From assembly GCF_002075285.3 (NCBI RefSeq), contig NZ_CP021983.2:3900001-3932000 (forward strand): a DNA stretch of 32,000 nucleotides, in the 5' to 3' direction. Source of the DNA: Halomicronema hongdechloris C2206 (GTDB taxonomy: Bacteria; Cyanobacteriota; Cyanobacteriia; Phormidesmidales; Phormidesmidaceae). Each line of letters opens with the position of its first letter. Within the stretch, counting starts at the first letter, position 1. This document shows, in pieces, positions 28,945 to 32,000 of this stretch. The position numbers and the translations under genes were made by a program. Below the pieces are notes generated by a model, which worked only from the letters and a program-made list of their open reading frames with translations, did no database searches and was not told the origin of the DNA.

Positions 28945-30429
28945 TCAGAGGGCTTCGGGGATATTGAACAGGGTGTCGTCGGGGATATCGCTAGGCATAC
29001 ACTTTTCCAGGTGCAGGAAGAAGGCATCGACAACGTTGTCGGTGAGATGATAGCCGCTTTCGATGGCTTCGCAGGCCCAGCGCCAACTGGGGAGATGGCC
29101 CGGGGGGGCATTGAGATCAAATTGTAGTTCGCTGTAGTTTAGAGGGCTTGGTGTTAAGGCAATACCGGCTAAGGAAAGGCCTCTTTGCCACTCTAGGCGT
29201 TGTAGAAAAGCGTCTAGTCGTCGTTGTTCATCAGCATAAATTTGCCGTTGACGACTGAATCCGAAGCGACCATGGCTGTGGTGTAGCCAAAGTTGATTGA
29301 TGGTCAAAAGGTCAGTGCAGGGGATCTGTAGGACGGTATCTCCGGTGAGGGGAGCCATGTCATGGCTGCCAGCGGCTTGGAGCATGGCCTGTTCGGTTTC
29401 TTGATCGGCGGCTTGCCATTCTCCTGACCAGAGCAGTTGACGCAGGCGCGAGTAGTCTACTCCGGCTGCAGAGGCAACGCTGCCGTACCAGTTAGCTGTA
29501 ACCTCAACCTCGACGGCCTGGGTTTGCTCGGGGGACAATTCCCAGATGCGGCGGGCTTGTTCTAGGCGGCCTTGATCAAACTCCCGGGGAAAAAGACTGG
29601 TCCGAATCGTGTCTTCGAAGAGGGTGCGGTACTGTTCGATGGGATCGGGGGCTGGCTCGGGAGTCGGGGCTGGCTCGGGTGAAGGCGGTTCAATGGGCTC
29701 GGGTTGGAGATCGATGGCCCTGATGGTGGCTAGATAATTTTGGTGAATGGGCTCGGTGTCGTCTGGGTGGAGTCCGAGGTTGTTGGCTAAGAGTTGTAGC
29801 TCTTTCCAAAGGTCTGGAGAAATGGGTGAGTGTCGGTTGAGTTCAGCCTGAAATACCTGACGATAGTGGTCGAGTTTGTCTTGTCGGGTGCGATGGGGGC
29901 CTAAGGCTTTTGCCACCAGACTGTCGGCAGTTTCTTTGGTCAAATCGAGTTGGTGTCGCAACCAGTCTAGGTTGGCTTGTTCGACGGGGGTAAGTTCACC
30001 GTGGCGGCGAGCATAGCGCTCGACTAGGGCTTGGAAGGCTCGGGGGGCTGGCAGCAGGTGTTCGGCGGCCTGAATAATTGCTTCTAAGTCTTCAAAGTTG
30101 CGACTGATGACCTGGAGTTGGGCTGCATGAACTTTGATCTGAAGGCAAATTTCACAGGGATCGTCGTAGATGCGATCGCACACCGCCTCCAAGACTGCCC
30201 GCAATCGATGGGGAGGCAAGTCTAGCAGCTGCACCCCAATCCGCCCCTGCTCCGGAGTCATCGTATCGACGATGTAGCTCAGCGCTTCCTCCTCTAGGCC
30301 AGGGAGATCATAAAGATCCTGATAAAAGACCTGGGCCCGGTGATCCCGATCAGTGGCACTGAGATCGGCATCTGTAATTTGAATCAGCCAGTCAAGCTGA
30401 GTATCGCGTCCTAAGCCGCCTCCATTCAT
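28945..30429 (-). CDS. Multidomain GUN4-domain protein (unknown N-terminal domain, helical repeats, Pro-rich linker, C-terminal GUN4 domain)
   Basis: 494-aa ORF. C-terminal motifs WQAADQET, IPCTDLLTINQLW, HGRFGFSRQRQIY and FDLNAPPGHLP. The middle has three similar helical modules and the linker PEPIEPPSPEPAPTPEPAPDP. I do not recognise the N-terminal ~130 aa. The gene ends 14 nt before the next GUN4 gene. Confidence 0.75.
   Translation of the reverse strand: MNGGGLGRDTQLDWLIQITDADLSATDRDHRAQVFYQDLYDLPGLEEEALSYIVDTMTPEQGRIGVQLLDLPPHRLRAVLEAVCDRIYDDPCEICLQIKVHAAQLQVISRNFEDLEAIIQAAEHLLPAPRAFQALVERYARRHGELTPVEQANLDWLRHQLDLTKETADSLVAKALGPHRTRQDKLDHYRQVFQAELNRHSPISPDLWKELQLLANNLGLHPDDTEPIHQNYLATIRAIDLQPEPIEPPSPEPAPTPEPAPDPIEQYRTLFEDTIRTSLFPREFDQGRLEQARRIWELSPEQTQAVEVEVTANWYGSVASAAGVDYSRLRQLLWSGEWQAADQETEQAMLQAAGSHDMAPLTGDTVLQIPCTDLLTINQLWLHHSHGRFGFSRQRQIYADEQRRLDAFLQRLEWQRGLSLAGIALTPSPLNYSELQFDLNAPPGHLPSWRWACEAIESGYHLTDNVVDAFFLHLEKCMPSDIPDDTLFNIPEAL
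30172..30179. repeat. HIP1 palindrome GCGATCGC
   Basis: Exact octamer read in the sequence, inside the 494-aa GUN4-domain gene. Confidence 0.95.
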
Positions 30430-30600
30430 AGTGCCTCACCATTGCAGATGCTGCCCCATGTTATACCAGGTAACCTCCCCTACGTCGTGCCTTAGACCGG
30501 AGATCGCGGTTAAATCATCCCTCTCCTCAGGAGTCACGCCCCACCCCAGGCAGGATGTCATACTAAAGGATGTTTGCACTGCCTGCACTGCGCCTTGCCC

Positions 30601-32000
30601 ATGACAGCGTCCACCGACTTTTTGGCTCAACTCAATCCCTCCCAGCGGCACGCCGTAGAACACTTTTGCGGTCCCTTACTGGTGGTAGCTGGAGCCGGAT
30701 CAGGGAAGACCCGGGCCCTCACCTATCGCATTGCCAACCTAGTCCTCACCCATCGCGTTGATCCTGAAAATATCCTGGCCGTCACCTTCACCAACAAAGC
30801 TGCCAGGGAGATGAAAGAGCGCATAGACGTCCTATTTGCCGAGCAAGAGGCCCAAGCCAACTATGGTAAACCCCTGTCGGCCTTATCGGCCCGCGACCTG
30901 ACCCAGCTCAAATCCAAGATTTATAAGACCCTGACCAAACACCTCTGGATTGGCACCTTCCATGCCCTCTGTGCCCGCATCCTGCGGTTCGATATCGAGA
31001 AATACCAGCATCCCAACGGCTATCGTTGGACCCGCAGCTTCTCCATCTTCGACGAATCCGATGCCCAAAGCCTCGTCAAAGCCATCGTCACTCAAGCCTT
31101 AAACCTAGACGACAAAAAATTTAACCCCCGCTCCGTACGCTACGCCATCAGTAACGCCAAAAACCAGAACCTCACCCCCGATGATTTTGAACGAGAACAG
31201 CCCAACTATCGAGGCCGAGTCATCGCCGATGTCTACCGCCGCTATCAACAGTCCTTGGCCGAAAATAACGCCCTCGACTTCGACGATTTAATCCTGGTTC
31301 CCGTGCATCTGTTTCAGCAAAATGAGCAGGTGCTGGGGTACTGGCACAAACGATTTCGCCATATCCTAGTGGACGAATATCAAGACACTAATCGCACCCA
31401 GTATGATTTGATTCGCCTCCTGGTGACCAATGGGGAAGCCATTGACCGTTTCAACGACTGGCAGCACCGGTCTGTATTTGTGGTCGGGGATGCCGATCAA
31501 AGTATTTATTCCTTCCGGGCGGCCGATTTCACCATCCTGATGAACTTTCAAGATGATTTCGGCGATCGACTCCCCGACGACGACACCCGTACCATGGTGA
31601 AGCTGGAAGAAAATTACCGCTCTACCGCCAATATTCTAGAAGTAGCCAATCACCTGATCGAAAACAACACCGAGCGTATCGATAAGGTATTGCGGGCTAC
31701 CCGGGGAGAAGGGGAAAGCATTTTCTGTTATCGGGCTGACGACGAGACGGCGGAGGCAGATTTTATCGTTGCCCAAATTCGGAATCTAGAGTTTCAGCAC
31801 CCAGAGCTGCGCTGGAGCGACTTTGCCATTCTCTACCGCACTAATGCTCAGTCCCGGGCCTTCGAGGAAGTCCTCACCCGCTACAGTATTCCCTACCAGG
31901 TCGTGGGCGGTTTACGGTTCTATGACCGCCGCGAAATTAAAGATGTCTTGGCCTACTTGCGGGTGATTGCCAACCCCGCCGATAGCGTCAGCCTAAAGCG
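30601..32000 (+). CDS. pcrA: ATP-dependent DNA helicase, UvrD/PcrA family (partial, continues beyond the window)
   Basis: It is absent from the ORF track because no stop falls in the window. I translated from the ATG at 30601: MTASTDFLAQLNPSQRHAVEHFCGPLLVVAGAGSGKTRALTYRIA (Walker A). Further motifs are TFTNKAAREMKER, VDEYQDTNRTQY (motif II), VVGDADQSIYSFRAA (motif III) and LEENYRST (motif IV). The frame stays open to 32000. Confidence 0.9.
   Translation, partial: MTASTDFLAQLNPSQRHAVEHFCGPLLVVAGAGSGKTRALTYRIANLVLTHRVDPENILAVTFTNKAAREMKERIDVLFAEQEAQANYGKPLSALSARDLTQLKSKIYKTLTKHLWIGTFHALCARILRFDIEKYQHPNGYRWTRSFSIFDESDAQSLVKAIVTQALNLDDKKFNPRSVRYAISNAKNQNLTPDDFEREQPNYRGRVIADVYRRYQQSLAENNALDFDDLILVPVHLFQQNEQVLGYWHKRFRHILVDEYQDTNRTQYDLIRLLVTNGEAIDRFNDWQHRSVFVVGDADQSIYSFRAADFTILMNFQDDFGDRLPDDDTRTMVKLEENYRSTANILEVANHLIENNTERIDKVLRATRGEGESIFCYRADDETAEADFIVAQIRNLEFQHPELRWSDFAILYRTNAQSRAFEEVLTRYSIPYQVVGGLRFYDRREIKDVLAYLRVIANPADSVSLK

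Noticed and set aside
30436-30761. ORFs 30436..30663 (minus strand) and 30570..30761 (plus strand) lie in and around the pcrA start.
   Set aside because: The plus-strand ORF is out of frame with the clearly homologous UvrD/PcrA reading frame that starts at 30601. The minus-strand ORF is antisense and has no motifs.
1-32000. I searched by eye for tRNA/rRNA genes, CRISPR repeat-spacer arrays, transposases, integrases, toxin-antitoxin pairs and known defence-system signatures.
   Set aside because: I saw no T-arm GGTTCGAATCC-like elements or cloverleaf candidates in the spacers. I saw no regularly spaced repeats of 25-40 nt. No ORF has DDE, tyrosine-recombinase or serine-recombinase motifs. The window looks like core chromosome and not an accessory island.

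Overview
The window looks like core chromosome of a fairly GC-rich cyanobacterium. Three things support this. beta-prime is split into rpoC1 and rpoC2. The block rpsT-tatD-rpoB-rpoC1-rpoC2 is in the order I recall as conserved in cyanobacteria. The HIP1 octamer GCGATCGC occurs 7 times, and two GUN4-domain genes are present. I call about 22 protein-coding genes. Most are housekeeping: mtnP, map, phosphoketolase, hslO, hisD, rpsT, tatD, rpoB/C1/C2 and a partial pcrA/uvrD that the ORF track misses because it runs off the window. I found no tRNA, rRNA, CRISPR array, transposase or integrase. The best candidate for an undescribed system is a tightly coupled three-gene operon at 5433-8853. It encodes an alpha-oxoamine synthase, a large GNAT-fold N-acyltransferase and an extended SDR reductase. 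That is the enzyme logic of bacterial ceramide/sphingoid-base synthesis, which I do not know from cyanobacteria. The operon sits behind a ~950-bp non-coding region containing a short-repeat array and mutually exclusive hairpins. It is divergent from an operon of an MFS transporter and two uncharacterised membrane proteins, one of them possibly HTTM-like. Two single-base insertions break otherwise conserved reading frames: one 14 codons before the expected end of essential rpoC1, and one in the MFS gene. Each is either real biology or a consensus error. All functional calls come from motifs read in the supplied translations and from memory of the families; no database search was run.
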